Shown: in pieces, positions 1-9,191 of the stretch | Layout of the letters: each line of letters begins with the position of its first letter | Numbering within the stretch: the stretch's first letter is position 1 | Source of the DNA: Patescibacteria group bacterium | Lineage (GTDB): Bacteria > Patescibacteriota > Patescibacteriia > UBA9934 | Direction of reading: 5' to 3' | NCBI GenBank assembly: GCA_049296775.1 | Contig: JBAQTB010000003.1 | Coordinates: forward strand, 140,766 to 204,765 | DNA: 64,000 bases | Notes under the pieces: model-generated | What the model was told of the DNA's origin: nothing | The model's database searches: none | The model's input: the letters and a program-made list of their open reading frames with translations, nothing else | Program-made: the position numbers and the translations under genes

Positions 1-840
1 ATTGCCGCGTTGCAAGTTCAGGTGGGCATAGGTATTCATACCGGTGCTGCGTTTGAGATTGGCGGCGGTTTGTACGGCGCCGAGGCCGATGCTATTGAGG
101 AGTTTACGGAGGACAAATCTAATGCTCAGGAGATCATTGTGTCCGGTGCGGTCAAGGAGAAGTTGCGGGCCCCGTTTCTGAAGTTTGTGAGTGAGCAAGA
201 GGGCATGCACGTGCTGTCTTATGCTGACCTGGGCCAGTTAGGTAAACGGGGGAGTGATATTTTTTATCCGGCACCGTTTGATCAAGCCTTCCACGAATCT
301 TTGTTACAGTTAGATCCAAAGAATGACGCTGAATTGCAGGCGCTGCACAAGGCCAGGGTGCGCGTTAAGAATATCGTCTTAGCACGAATTTTTCACGTTG
401 AAGCGCCGCGTTTGCTGGATACGTTTGCGTTTAGAGTAGCGGCCAACACCGTGGTTCATAATGTGGCTAGAGATTTCGTGTGTAATTTGATTAAGTCTAA
501 TGGCGCTTTAGCGATCTTTGCTTGTGACGATAATCAAGAGGCGGTGGATTTGACCTTGGCGTTGAGTCAGGCTTTACATGTGCGTGGCTTGGTGGCTAAT
601 TGTTCTGTGTCTCGCGGTGAAGTTTTGGTGTTTAGAATGGGTAACGGTCAAGAAGATTTGGCGGGATCACCAATCAATATCGCGTCTAAGCTCGCCGAAG
701 ACACTGAGGAGCGAGATATGGTGTTTATTGAAGGTGCGGAGTTAGTTGAAGCCGCTTATCAACATTCCATTACCGAAACTTTTGAAGTGAGTAAGTCAGG
801 TGTCACGTTGCGCGGCGTTAAACGCCAAGCCGGCGCATAA
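1..840 (+). CDS. Nucleotidyl (adenylate/guanylate) cyclase homology domain protein, 5'-truncated by the window edge; a second degenerate cyclase-like repeat follows
   Basis: ORF 10..840 is open to the window start; 'VGIGIHTGAAFEIGG..YGAEADAIEE' resembles the class III cyclase 'GIHTG...GDTVNxASRME' block; a second copy 'VSRGEVLVFRMGNG..SPINIASKLAE' lies downstream. Confidence 0.45.
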   Translation: MAALQVQVGIGIHTGAAFEIGGGLYGAEADAIEEFTEDKSNAQEIIVSGAVKEKLRAPFLKFVSEQEGMHVLSYADLGQLGKRGSDIFYPAPFDQAFHESLLQLDPKNDAELQALHKARVRVKNIVLARIFHVEAPRLLDTFAFRVAANTVVHNVARDFVCNLIKSNGALAIFACDDNQEAVDLTLALSQALHVRGLVANCSVSRGEVLVFRMGNGQEDLAGSPINIASKLAEDTEERDMVFIEGAELVEAAYQHSITETFEVSKSGVTLRGVKRQAGA

Positions 841-852
841 TTGGAGCAAACA

Positions 853-888
853 AAAAATCGCCGAGTACAGGACTCGGCGATTTTGCGT
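853..888. terminator. Hairpin terminator between convergent genes
   Basis: aatcgccgagt-acagg-actcggcgatt hairpin flanked by an A-run and a T-run (aaaaaa...ttttgcg). Confidence 0.6.
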
Positions 889-1419
889 TTAGGCTTTGCC
901 TAAAGTGTCTTGACCAGGTTCCCACTCTACCGGGCAGAGCTCGCCGGATTGTAGGGCTTCTAGTACACGAATAACTTCCTTGACGGATCGACCAACTGAG
1001 CCAGCAGAAATCACCACGTACTTAACGACGCCTTCTGGATCGATAATAAAGAGGCCACGTTGAGATGAACCATCAGTTTCATCCAACACGCCGTAGTTGC
1101 GTGAAACTTGCTGAGTGGTGTCTGCCAGGATTGGGTAATCGACCTGAGGTAGATCCCGTTCAAACCAAGCTTTGTGACTGTGTTCTGAGTCAGTGGAGGC
1201 TGAGAGGACTTCTGCACCTAATTTTTGCAGATCGTCCTTGTGTTTGGCAAAACCTTTGAGTTCAGTTGGGCAGATGAAGGTGAAGTCTCGGGGGTAAAAG
1301 AAGAAGATTAGCCACTTGCCTTTATAGTCAGACAAGCTAACTTTAGTGACCTTGCCGTGGTGATAAGCGGTAATTTGGTTAAAGTCTGGAGCGGCTTTCC
1401 CTACGGTAATCATAAGCAA
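889..1419 (-). CDS. Peroxiredoxin (AhpC/TSA family)
   Basis: 'FYPRDFTFICPTE' peroxidatic Cys motif, 176 aa, resolving Cys region 'GELCPVEW' near the C-terminus. Confidence 0.85.
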   Translation of the reverse strand: MLMITVGKAAPDFNQITAYHHGKVTKVSLSDYKGKWLIFFFYPRDFTFICPTELKGFAKHKDDLQKLGAEVLSASTDSEHSHKAWFERDLPQVDYPILADTTQQVSRNYGVLDETDGSSQRGLFIIDPEGVVKYVVISAGSVGRSVKEVIRVLEALQSGELCPVEWEPGQDTLGKA

Positions 1420-1539
1420 AAAACATGATGAGTAGTGCCTAACTATGGTAACATTCTGTCAGTTTTTAACAAGAGGAGTCGGGTTAAGTTTATTGACGAT
1501 TAGCCGCGTAAATTGTAGAAAGGATAGGAAAATATCTGT

Positions 1540-2706
1540 ATGAAAAAACAAACTCGCTTTTTATTGCCCTTTAGCGTCATGATTGTAGTGATTGTGGCGG
1601 CGGCTGTGTGGCGTACCTGGGGACCAGACGGAGCTTTGCACACTTGGCCAGATTTAGATGGGGGATTATATACTGAAAGTGTTAATTATCAGGGGCTTAG
1701 ATATTTTGTTCCACCAGATGAGGTCTACGCTTCTGGTCTAACTCCAGAGGATAGGCCAGCCTTGAATGATCCGGACATGGTGAGCATCGCTACGGTAGAT
1801 GCCAAGCTGGCGGATGAGTTGGAAGGGATTGCGGTTACGGTTGGGAGCGAGCACTACTTTTACCCGTTTCAAATTTTGAATTGGCATGAGGTTGTGAACG
1901 CAAGCTTGAACGGTCTATCTTTAGTGATCACTTACTCACCGTTATCTGGGTCAGCGGTTGTCTACGAGGATGAACGTAAGTTTGCGGACGCCGGTAAGGT
2001 GTATAACAATACTTTATTGTTAGCCGCAGAGGATGACGACACACTCTGGAGCCAGACCATGGGCCAGTCTGTGGTTGGTGAGGGAGTAGGTGAATTGTTG
2101 ACCACGTATCCATCGACAGTTATGTCTTGGGCTACGTGGAAGGATTTGTATCCAAGTGGTTTAGCCTTGTCCACGGACACTGGTTACGCTAGAGACTATG
2201 GCAGGCATCCGTACGCTAGTTATGAAACTTCACCAGCTGTATTTTTCCCGTTAAACCATACCTTTGGCAAGATCGCGCCTAAGGATTTGGTGTATCGTTT
2301 GAATATTCCAGGCCGTGAATCGATCGTGTTCTTGGATAGATACTTGCCGGCACAGACGGATGCGAATATGGATGTTGGCGAGGGTGAGTATCAGGACAGT
2401 GTAGTTGCATTTTATGATGAGGCGCAGGATGTTGTCCGGGCTTTTAACCGAAAAACCGACGGGCAGACTTTGACCTTTGAGCAAAAAGGTAAAAAAATTA
2501 CGGACGCAGAAACGGGTTCTAGTTGGTCAGCCACTGGCTTGGCAATCGGGGGAGCTTTGACGGGTACTCAGTTGGCTGAATTGCCGTTGACTAGACATTA
2601 CGCCTTTGCACACTTTGCCATGTACCCGAACAGCTTAATTAGCGGCCAGGAGTTGTTACCTACTGAGGATGTGCTTGAAGAAGGGATAGAATTTGACGTT
2701 GAATAA
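1540..2706 (+). CDS. N-terminally membrane-anchored/secreted protein of unknown function (possibly DUF3179-like)
   Basis: 388-aa ORF with N-terminal hydrophobic segment 'FLLPFSVMIVVIVAAAVW'; no catalytic motif recognised. Confidence 0.5.
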   Translation: MKKQTRFLLPFSVMIVVIVAAAVWRTWGPDGALHTWPDLDGGLYTESVNYQGLRYFVPPDEVYASGLTPEDRPALNDPDMVSIATVDAKLADELEGIAVTVGSEHYFYPFQILNWHEVVNASLNGLSLVITYSPLSGSAVVYEDERKFADAGKVYNNTLLLAAEDDDTLWSQTMGQSVVGEGVGELLTTYPSTVMSWATWKDLYPSGLALSTDTGYARDYGRHPYASYETSPAVFFPLNHTFGKIAPKDLVYRLNIPGRESIVFLDRYLPAQTDANMDVGEGEYQDSVVAFYDEAQDVVRAFNRKTDGQTLTFEQKGKKITDAETGSSWSATGLAIGGALTGTQLAELPLTRHYAFAHFAMYPNSLISGQELLPTEDVLEEGIEFDVE

Positions 2707-3382
2707 CATGTCAGAGATTGTTGGAGAATTGTTTGTGGTCGCAACCCCCATTGGGAACTTGGGTGATTTTTCAGCGCGGGCTAAGCAGGTGTTGTCTCTC
2801 GTGGATGTGGTGTTGTGTGAGGACACCCGGGTGACGTCTAAGCTTTTAGCGGCCTTGGAATTACGACCTTCATTGAATTCATTTCACGAACATACGGACG
2901 CGTTGAAACGTAAACAGTTTGTGTCGATGTTGCAGGCGGGTAAACGCATTGCATTAGTGACTGATGCTGGGACTCCAGCGATTTCTGACCCCGGGAGTTT
3001 CTTGGTGGCAGAAGCGGTGGCGGCTGGCGTGAAAGTCACACCTATCCCGGGCGCAAGTGCTGTGATTGCGGCTTTGTCGATTTCTGGATTGCCGCTCGAC
3101 AGATTCACCTTTGTTGGTTTTCCGCCACACAAGAAAGGTCGCCAATCTTTCTTTAAGGAGTTGGGGGAGATCGAACATACCGTGGTGCTTTACGAGTCGA
3201 CGCACCGCATCATGAAAGCGCTGGAGTCATTGCAGGAGCTGGGGCGAGACTTGGTTGTGTGCCGAGAACTGACAAAGTTGCACGAAACAATTTACAGAGG
3301 TACAGCCGCGGAGATCAGGCAGCAGCTTGAAACTACAAGTACTAAAGGTGAGTTTGTGATTATCTTGGCGCCACGTAAATAA
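2693..3382 (+). CDS. rsmI: 16S rRNA (cytidine1402-2'-O)-methyltransferase RsmI (tetrapyrrole methylase fold)
   Basis: 'LFVVATPIGNLGDFSARAKQVLSLVDVVLCEDTRVTSKLL' matches the RsmI N-terminus; 229 aa. Confidence 0.85.
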   Translation: MTLNNMSEIVGELFVVATPIGNLGDFSARAKQVLSLVDVVLCEDTRVTSKLLAALELRPSLNSFHEHTDALKRKQFVSMLQAGKRIALVTDAGTPAISDPGSFLVAEAVAAGVKVTPIPGASAVIAALSISGLPLDRFTFVGFPPHKKGRQSFFKELGEIEHTVVLYESTHRIMKALESLQELGRDLVVCRELTKLHETIYRGTAAEIRQQLETTSTKGEFVIILAPRK

Positions 3383-3398
3383 TCAACTTTGTTAGTTT

Positions 3399-4874
3399 AT
3401 GAAAACTCCATATTACATCACAACCACCTTGCCGTACGTGAATGCTGAACCGCATATTGGTTTTGCCTTAGAAATTGTTCAGGCTGACATGCTGGCACGC
3501 ATTCAGCGCTTGCGTGGTGATGAGGTGATTTTTAATACGGGTACAGATGAACATGGTCAGAAGATTTACAAAAAAGCTTTAGAAGCCGGGATTGAGCCTA
3601 AGGCGTATTGTGATGGTTACGCGGAGAAGTTTCATGAGCTTAAGGAGCTCTTGAATTTGACTTACACCAATTTCATTCGGACTACGGATGATAAGCATGT
3701 CGCCGCTGCTCAGGAGTTTTGGAAGCGGTGCGATGCCAATGGTGACATTTACAAAAAACAGTACCAGACCAAGTATTGTGTGGGTTGTGAGCTCGAAAAA
3801 ACCGATTCCGAACTCGTTGACGACCGTTGTCCGATTCACCCCAAGATGGAGATTGAATTGCGGGATGAGGAGAACTATTTTTTCCGTTGGTCTAAATACC
3901 AACAGCCATTGCTTGACTACTACGCGGCACATCCGGACTTTGTGATGCCGACTGCTAAGTTTAACGAGATCAAGAATTTCGTGGCGGCTGGGCTGAACGA
4001 TTTCAGTATCTCGCGCCTCAAGGACAAGATGCCGTGGGGAATTGCAGTGCCGGGAGACGAAGAGCATGTCATGTACGTGTGGTTTGACGCACTAGTCAAT
4101 TATATTTCGACTCTCGATTGGTTCGCAGTAACTTCAGCGCAGGGGGGAGGCGATGTGAGCGAATCGTTTGAAAAGTTTTGGCCAGGCGTTCAAGTAGCTG
4201 GGATCGACAACTTACGTCAACAGTCTGCCATGTGGCAGGCCATGTTATTGTCCGCGGGTTTGCCATTGTCTAAACAGATCTTCATTCATAGTTTTATTAC
4301 CGTGGATGGTCAGAAGATGAGTAAGTCGCTGGGTAACGTCATCGGACCCAAGGATTTGGTGGCGATGTATGGCACGGATGCTGTCAGATATTACTTGTTG
4401 CGGGAAATGCCGTACGGGACCGATGGCGATTACTCCGCCGGTCGGATGGAAGAACGCTTTGCTGAGCTCGCTAATGACCTAGGTAATTTGATGGGCCGGG
4501 TCGCGGCTATGAGCATTAAGTACTTTGACGGCGAGGTCGACAAAGTACCGTTCAATCATGCTGAGTTGGATGTCCGGATGGGGGAGGCGCTCAAGCATTA
4601 CGATTTCAAAGCTTACATCGACACCGTGTGGACAGTAGTGAACGCGGCTAACTTAAAAATTCAAACTGAGGAACCGTTCAAACTCGCTAAAACTGACGCG
4701 GACGCGGCTAAGAAATCTTTGTCTGAGCTAGCTGCAATGATCGTTTGGATTGGTTATGCGCTCTCGCCGGTGATCCCGACGGCGGCCGATGAGATTTTGC
4801 GGCGTTATACTGGTGACAAGCTCATTCATGGCGAACCTCTGTTCCCACGTAGAGATCAAGAGCTTAACACCTAA
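3399..4874 (+). CDS. metG: Methionyl-tRNA synthetase, short form lacking the C-terminal tRNA-binding extension
   Basis: 'PYVNAEPHIGFA' HIGH-class motif, 'KMSKSLGN' motif, zinc knuckle 'CVGCE...CPIHP'. Confidence 0.9.
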   Translation: MKTPYYITTTLPYVNAEPHIGFALEIVQADMLARIQRLRGDEVIFNTGTDEHGQKIYKKALEAGIEPKAYCDGYAEKFHELKELLNLTYTNFIRTTDDKHVAAAQEFWKRCDANGDIYKKQYQTKYCVGCELEKTDSELVDDRCPIHPKMEIELRDEENYFFRWSKYQQPLLDYYAAHPDFVMPTAKFNEIKNFVAAGLNDFSISRLKDKMPWGIAVPGDEEHVMYVWFDALVNYISTLDWFAVTSAQGGGDVSESFEKFWPGVQVAGIDNLRQQSAMWQAMLLSAGLPLSKQIFIHSFITVDGQKMSKSLGNVIGPKDLVAMYGTDAVRYYLLREMPYGTDGDYSAGRMEERFAELANDLGNLMGRVAAMSIKYFDGEVDKVPFNHAELDVRMGEALKHYDFKAYIDTVWTVVNAANLKIQTEEPFKLAKTDADAAKKSLSELAAMIVWIGYALSPVIPTAADEILRRYTGDKLIHGEPLFPRRDQELNT

Positions 4875-4878
4875 ACTT

Positions 4879-5361
4879 GTGAACCCATTGATTATCGACA
4901 TCGTCTTGGCCGTCATCGCCGTGGTTTTGATTTGGAACGGCTATAGACAAGGCTTTATTCGGGCGGCTGGGAATTTGCTCGGACTAGTCATTAGCATTGC
5001 GGTGGGTATTTGGGGTGTGACCTGGCTAGAACATTTGACCGGCTTTAATTTAACCGGTAACCCCGTGACCTTTGTAGCGGTGTTTTTGGTTCTGACGATC
5101 ATAGTTAGTCAGTTACTGCGTCTGGTGGTCTCGGGCCTGGATTTGATGCGCAGAGCTTTGTCGATTATTCCGTTTGTGGGTTTAATCAATAGTTTACTCG
5201 GCACGGTGTTGGGTTGCGTACAGGCGGCAGTGTTTATTGCGCTCGTGGCGTACGTGAGTTTCCAGTTTTTGCCAGTTGGGGAGGTGAAACAGACCGTGCT
5301 CGGTTCATACGTGGTTGGACAGGCGATCACGCTTGAGAAGACTTTTGGAATTTTGCGTTAG
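4879..5361 (+). CDS. CvpA family membrane protein
   Basis: 'IDIVLAVIAVVLIWNGYRQGFIRAAGNLLGLVISIAVGI' matches the CvpA N-terminus; the track ORF starts at 4789 inside metG, so an in-frame GTG at 4879 just after the metG stop is the more likely start. Confidence 0.55.
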   Translation: MNPLIIDIVLAVIAVVLIWNGYRQGFIRAAGNLLGLVISIAVGIWGVTWLEHLTGFNLTGNPVTFVAVFLVLTIIVSQLLRLVVSGLDLMRRALSIIPFVGLINSLLGTVLGCVQAAVFIALVAYVSFQFLPVGEVKQTVLGSYVVGQAITLEKTFGILR

Positions 5362-5362
5362 T

Positions 5363-6247
5363 ATGCCGTTGAAATTTATTGATACTCATTGTCACGTGCA
5401 TTTTCAGGCGTATACAGAAGATGTTGATGCTGTTGTCCAGCGCGCGCTGGAGAGTGGAGTGGGCATGATTACCGTTGGGACGCAATCAACTACGAGTAAG
5501 AACGGCATTACTTTGGCGGAGAAGTACGACGGGGTGTGGTGCACGATTGGGTTGCATCCTAACCATTTGCATGCGCAGGATTTTCTTGATGAGAACGAGC
5601 TCCCGCCAGGAGTTGTCGATGACCTTAACGAGCATGACGGGCCTGCGCATATTAAGACAAGAGCGGAGCGTTTTGATCCGGAGTACTATCGAGAGCTCGC
5701 TAAACATCCTAAAGTGGTGGGGATTGGGGAGTTGGGTTTGGATTACTATCGCGTGCCGCCGGGGGTGGAGCTTGAGCAACTGAAAGCTGATCAACAAGCT
5801 CAAGCGCGCGAGCAATTGCGTTTTGCAACCGAGGTCGATAAGCCGGTGGTGATTCATTGTCGTGATGCGCACGCTGACCAGGCGCGCTTGCTGGAGGAGG
5901 AGATTGCCGTTGGTGGCTTGAGCCGCCGCGGCGTGATTCATTGTTTCACTGGGACCCCGGAGGAAGCCAAGCGCTACGTTGATTTAGGTTTTTATATTTC
6001 GTTTTCTGGGATTGTGACTTTTGGTAAGAATGTCATGGCGAGCGCTAAGAGTGTGCCGCTGAATAGATTGTTAATCGAAACAGATTCACCGTATTTAACC
6101 CCAGCACCCTTTAGAGGCCAGCGGAATGAGCCGGCGTACGTGGAGCACATCGCTGCCAAGATCGCGGAGTTGCACGGCGTGAGCGTAGATGAAGTAGCCC
6201 GCATTACCACCCAAAATGCGTGTAATGTTTTCAGACTCTCGATCTAA
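5363..6247 (+). CDS. tatD: TatD family metal-dependent hydrolase/DNase
   Basis: 'FIDTHCHVHF' N-terminal motif plus 'GLHPNH', 'IGELGLDY', 'VIHCRDA', 'ETDSPYL'; in-frame ATG at 5363 preferred over the track start 5315, which overlaps cvpA. Confidence 0.85.
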   Translation: MPLKFIDTHCHVHFQAYTEDVDAVVQRALESGVGMITVGTQSTTSKNGITLAEKYDGVWCTIGLHPNHLHAQDFLDENELPPGVVDDLNEHDGPAHIKTRAERFDPEYYRELAKHPKVVGIGELGLDYYRVPPGVELEQLKADQQAQAREQLRFATEVDKPVVIHCRDAHADQARLLEEEIAVGGLSRRGVIHCFTGTPEEAKRYVDLGFYISFSGIVTFGKNVMASAKSVPLNRLLIETDSPYLTPAPFRGQRNEPAYVEHIAAKIAELHGVSVDEVARITTQNACNVFRLSI

Positions 6248-6267
6248 TGACTCTAAATGTACTTTAC

Positions 6268-6296
6268 TTGACTTTTTTAGCTATTTTACCTAAGCT
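6268..6296 (+). promoter_or_regulatory. Candidate sigma70-type promoter for the atpF-led operon
   Basis: TTGACT (6268-6273), 17-nt spacer, TAAGCT (6291-6296), about 50 nt upstream of the first operon gene. Confidence 0.25.
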
Positions 6297-6347
6297 TGGG
6301 GCGTATTTTTGCAAGCTTTTTCTGGTTGAAGGGGTAAATATCAAGTT

Positions 6348-6884
6348 ATGCCAACAGACACGCAAACAGCTGCTGACGTGGGTGGATCAACTCAAGCTGC
6401 AAATATTAATGGTTTGCCGGTGCAAACCTTGGCCATGGTGTTATTGGCGGTGTGGGCAGTGGTGTTAGTGTCTAGGCGATTTTTGCCAAAACCGATCAAA
6501 CGTTTGACGGACGATCAAGTCCAGCGCATTGAAGAAAGTTTACAGACCACACAAGCCTTGGAGAAAAGATTGCGCGAGATCGAAATTGAAAGAGCGGAGG
6601 TGATTAAACAGGCCAGGGTAGAAGCCCTGGAAATTCGGAAACAGGCTGAGGCTGACGCAGTTATTCGCAAACAGGAGATGTTGGACATGGCGCGTCAGGA
6701 GGTCGAAAAGGTGATTCAGTCGGGTAAATTACTCCTAGAGCAGGAGCGCACTGCGATGCTGATTGCTGTCCGCCGAGACTTGGTTGATATTGCGGTGAAG
6801 GCTTCCGCTAAAATTGTGACCGATGGTTTGACGGTGCAGCGATCCCAATCTTTAGCCGAAGAGATGGTGCGTAAACTGACCTAG
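6348..6884 (+). CDS. atpF: F-type ATPase F0 subunit b (stator stalk)
   Basis: One N-terminal TM helix then a long charged helix, 'RIEESLQTTQALEKRLREIEIERAEVIKQARVEALEIRKQAEADA...', co-linear with subunit b. Confidence 0.7.
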   Translation: MPTDTQTAADVGGSTQAANINGLPVQTLAMVLLAVWAVVLVSRRFLPKPIKRLTDDQVQRIEESLQTTQALEKRLREIEIERAEVIKQARVEALEIRKQAEADAVIRKQEMLDMARQEVEKVIQSGKLLLEQERTAMLIAVRRDLVDIAVKASAKIVTDGLTVQRSQSLAEEMVRKLT

Positions 6885-6886
6885 GT

Positions 6887-7276
6887 ATGTCTAAGGACTT
6901 TAAAGTGTTGGCCGACAAGATTGTTAAAGATACGGCTGACTATGCTGCGGCAGATTTGAAAGTGTACCTAGAGGGAGTGGTGGAGCACTTAGCTAGCCGC
7001 GGACAGTTGTTGGAGTGGCGGCAGCTTGAGAAAGAATTGCATGCGGCTTGGAAGCGCAAGCACGGTGCCGCTAAGCTCACGGTGGCCTCGGCGCATCCGT
7101 TGACTGAGACGGCGCTCAAGCATTTAGAAGCTTTGGCACCGGGAGCGGAGTTTGTGCAGGTAGTGGATGAGCGTTTGATGGCGGGTGCGATTGTACGCTT
7201 GGATGATTACCGATTAGACGGGACGGTACTGGGAGCGTTGACGCGGTTAAAGCAGCAATTACGTTATGGTAAATAA
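6887..7276 (+). CDS. atpH: F-type ATPase subunit delta (OSCP), short form
   Basis: C-terminus 'VVDERLMAGAIVRLDDYRLDGTVLGALTRLKQQL' matches the delta/OSCP C-terminal block (E. coli '..[25 protein letters not shown]..'); 129 aa. Confidence 0.7.
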   Translation: MSKDFKVLADKIVKDTADYAAADLKVYLEGVVEHLASRGQLLEWRQLEKELHAAWKRKHGAAKLTVASAHPLTETALKHLEALAPGAEFVQVVDERLMAGAIVRLDDYRLDGTVLGALTRLKQQLRYGK

Positions 7277-8066
7277 GCTAGACATCATCACAGCTTTGCG
7301 CGAACAGGTGCAAACCTTTAAGGCGCAAGCGCATGCCGAAAATGTCGGTACGGTTTTAACGGTGGTGGCTGGGGTGGTGACGTGTAGTGGTTTAGCTGGG
7401 GTGAAGCAATTTGAGGTGGTCGATTTTGGTCCGGGGTTAACTGGGCTCGTGGTTGGTTTAGCTGAGGAGTACGTCACGGTGGTGGTGCTGGGAACAGCAG
7501 ACGGTATTAAAGCAGGAGACACAGTGCGGCAGTCTGGGGCGGGGTTAAGTTTGCCGGTGTCAGAGTCCTTGTGGGGACGCGTTGTGAATGTGCTTGGGCA
7601 ACCGGTGGATGGTTTGGGGGAGATTCTTGCCGCACAGACCGAGCCAATTACTTTAAAGCCAGATTCAAGTTTGTCGTGCCAACGCTTGCAGGTTGAGAAG
7701 AGCTACGCTGCGGCTGAAGTTTTGCGGGTGGTGCAGGAGGGTAAGACGCAGGGGTTGAAGAGTGTGGTCGTGACCATTGGTGAACGCACGGCTAGTTTGG
7801 CGCAGTTGAAAGGAGCCTTAGAGGCGGCGGGTTGCTTGCAAGAGACTTTATTAGTCGTGGCTGGTGCTGCTGAGCCGGTAGCCTTGCGCTATTTGGCGCC
7901 GTTTAGCGCGGAAGCCGTGACGCGATATTTACTGCGGTTAGATGACAAGTTACAATTAGTTTTTGTGGATTTAGCTGCGCATACGCTGGTGAGTCAGAGT
8001 TGGCAGCAGTTGCTAGGCGCAGGAGCTGTTGAGCCCGTCACCTCCGCTCAGTTATTTTTGGATTAA
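7266..8066 (+). CDS. F1 alpha-subunit-like protein, truncated (266 aa), Walker A reduced to 'VVQEGKT', no C-terminal helical domain
   Basis: N-terminal beta-barrel region aligns with AtpA ('ENVGTVLTVVAGVVTCSGL...GRVVNVLGQPVDGLGEIL'); 'VVVTIGERTASL...LLVVAGAAEPVALRYLAPFSAEA' matches AtpA 'IYVAIGQKAST...[21 protein letters not shown]'; about 30 aa spanning the P-loop are missing. Confidence 0.7.
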   Translation: MVNKLDIITALREQVQTFKAQAHAENVGTVLTVVAGVVTCSGLAGVKQFEVVDFGPGLTGLVVGLAEEYVTVVVLGTADGIKAGDTVRQSGAGLSLPVSESLWGRVVNVLGQPVDGLGEILAAQTEPITLKPDSSLSCQRLQVEKSYAAAEVLRVVQEGKTQGLKSVVVTIGERTASLAQLKGALEAAGCLQETLLVVAGAAEPVALRYLAPFSAEAVTRYLLRLDDKLQLVFVDLAAHTLVSQSWQQLLGAGAVEPVTSAQLFLD

Positions 8067-8071
8067 ATTTT

Positions 8072-9190
8072 GTGGTCAAAAATTTTGTTGCCCAAGTTGG
8101 AGTTAATCAGGTCGATGTCCGGTGCCCGGCTGATGCGCCGTCTTTGTTGAGTGTCTTGGCGGTTAGTAATGGTGACCAGGAATTGCTGTTAGAGGTAGTC
8201 GCGTATTTAGGGGGAGGCTTGGTACGTACTTTGCCGCTCGGGTCGACGACTGGCTTACAGCGTGGGTTAGAGGTTAGATTTGTGAGTAAGAGTTTAAGCG
8301 TTCCGGTTGGTCATGAGCTGCTTGGCAGGCGTATTAATGCACTGGGAAAACCGTTAGACGGGATGGCACCAGTGCAGACTAAGCAATTTGCAGTGAGCCG
8401 TGGCGTGGCCCCAAAGTTAGCTGAGGTAGTTTCCCCGACTAAAATCTTTAGAACTGGAGTGGGTGTGATCGATTTACTCTTTCCGATTCCAGAGGGAGGT
8501 TTGGTCGCCTTGCAATCAAAAACAGGCGTCAGTGCATTGTTTACGCAAGTTTTGCGGGCGTCTGAGGCTAAGTGTGTTTACGTTCTAACCAATGCACGGT
8601 CTAAGCAGGTTGCAGAAGTCATGACGACCTTGGAGCAGGCCCAGGTGATTGCTAAGGCGGTGGTGGTGACGAGTGGCGTGGGTGAGGTGACGGCGCTACA
8701 TAATCAAGCCGTTGACACTGCCTTAACTGTGGCTGAGTCTTTGCGGTCAGTGGCCGGGGTGAGTTTGTGGCTTGATAGTGCAGCAGGTTTAAGCGCGGCC
8801 GCCATGGAGCGCATGGTGTCGACTGCGGCCGGGCCGCTCACGACTTTCTTGCTGGGTGCGCCGCTTGCGAGTTTGGCTACCGACGTGGTGACAGTTGTAC
8901 ATTTTGATGGGGAGTCTAGCGAGTTGGTTGATATCAAGTCTTCACATTCGCATTGGCTAACTGCCAAACAAGTGGGAGCTGAACATTTTGAGGTCGCCAA
9001 TCAGGTGCTGGAGATTTTACGCATGTCAGTCCAGATGAAGGTGGGGGAGAGAGCGCCTGATCCAGCGGTAATCGCTAAAGCTGACAGACTGTGGAGCTAC
9101 TTGCGCGAGTCTAGGGTCGAGATATCAGAGACTGAGGCTTATATTTCGCAGTTAGTGTCTAGGTGTAGAGCTGTTCTGGCTGGGGAGTAA
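8072..9190 (+). CDS. F1 beta-subunit-like protein, truncated (372 aa), catalytic P-loop replaced
   Basis: 'VRTLPLGSTTGLQRGLEV...VPVGHELLGRRINALGKPLDG' aligns with AtpD N-terminus; 'TGVGVIDLLFPIPEGGLVALQSKTGVSAL' aligns with AtpD '[30 protein letters not shown]' but GGAGVGKT is lost. Confidence 0.7.
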   Translation: MVKNFVAQVGVNQVDVRCPADAPSLLSVLAVSNGDQELLLEVVAYLGGGLVRTLPLGSTTGLQRGLEVRFVSKSLSVPVGHELLGRRINALGKPLDGMAPVQTKQFAVSRGVAPKLAEVVSPTKIFRTGVGVIDLLFPIPEGGLVALQSKTGVSALFTQVLRASEAKCVYVLTNARSKQVAEVMTTLEQAQVIAKAVVVTSGVGEVTALHNQAVDTALTVAESLRSVAGVSLWLDSAAGLSAAAMERMVSTAAGPLTTFLLGAPLASLATDVVTVVHFDGESSELVDIKSSHSHWLTAKQVGAEHFEVANQVLEILRMSVQMKVGERAPDPAVIAKADRLWSYLRESRVEISETEAYISQLVSRCRAVLAGE

Positions 9191-9191
9191 A

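Noticed and set aside
6247-6468. 73-aa ORF overlapping the atpF start
   Set aside because: Low-complexity frame overlapping a well-supported gene and the upstream promoter region.
7266-9190. Reading the alpha-like/beta-like genes as simple pseudogenes
   Set aside because: Both frames are intact and tightly coupled to neighbours (overlapping start/stop codons), and the losses fall specifically on catalytic motifs and C-terminal domains rather than as random frameshifts. Repurposing seems more likely than decay, but this needs comparative confirmation.
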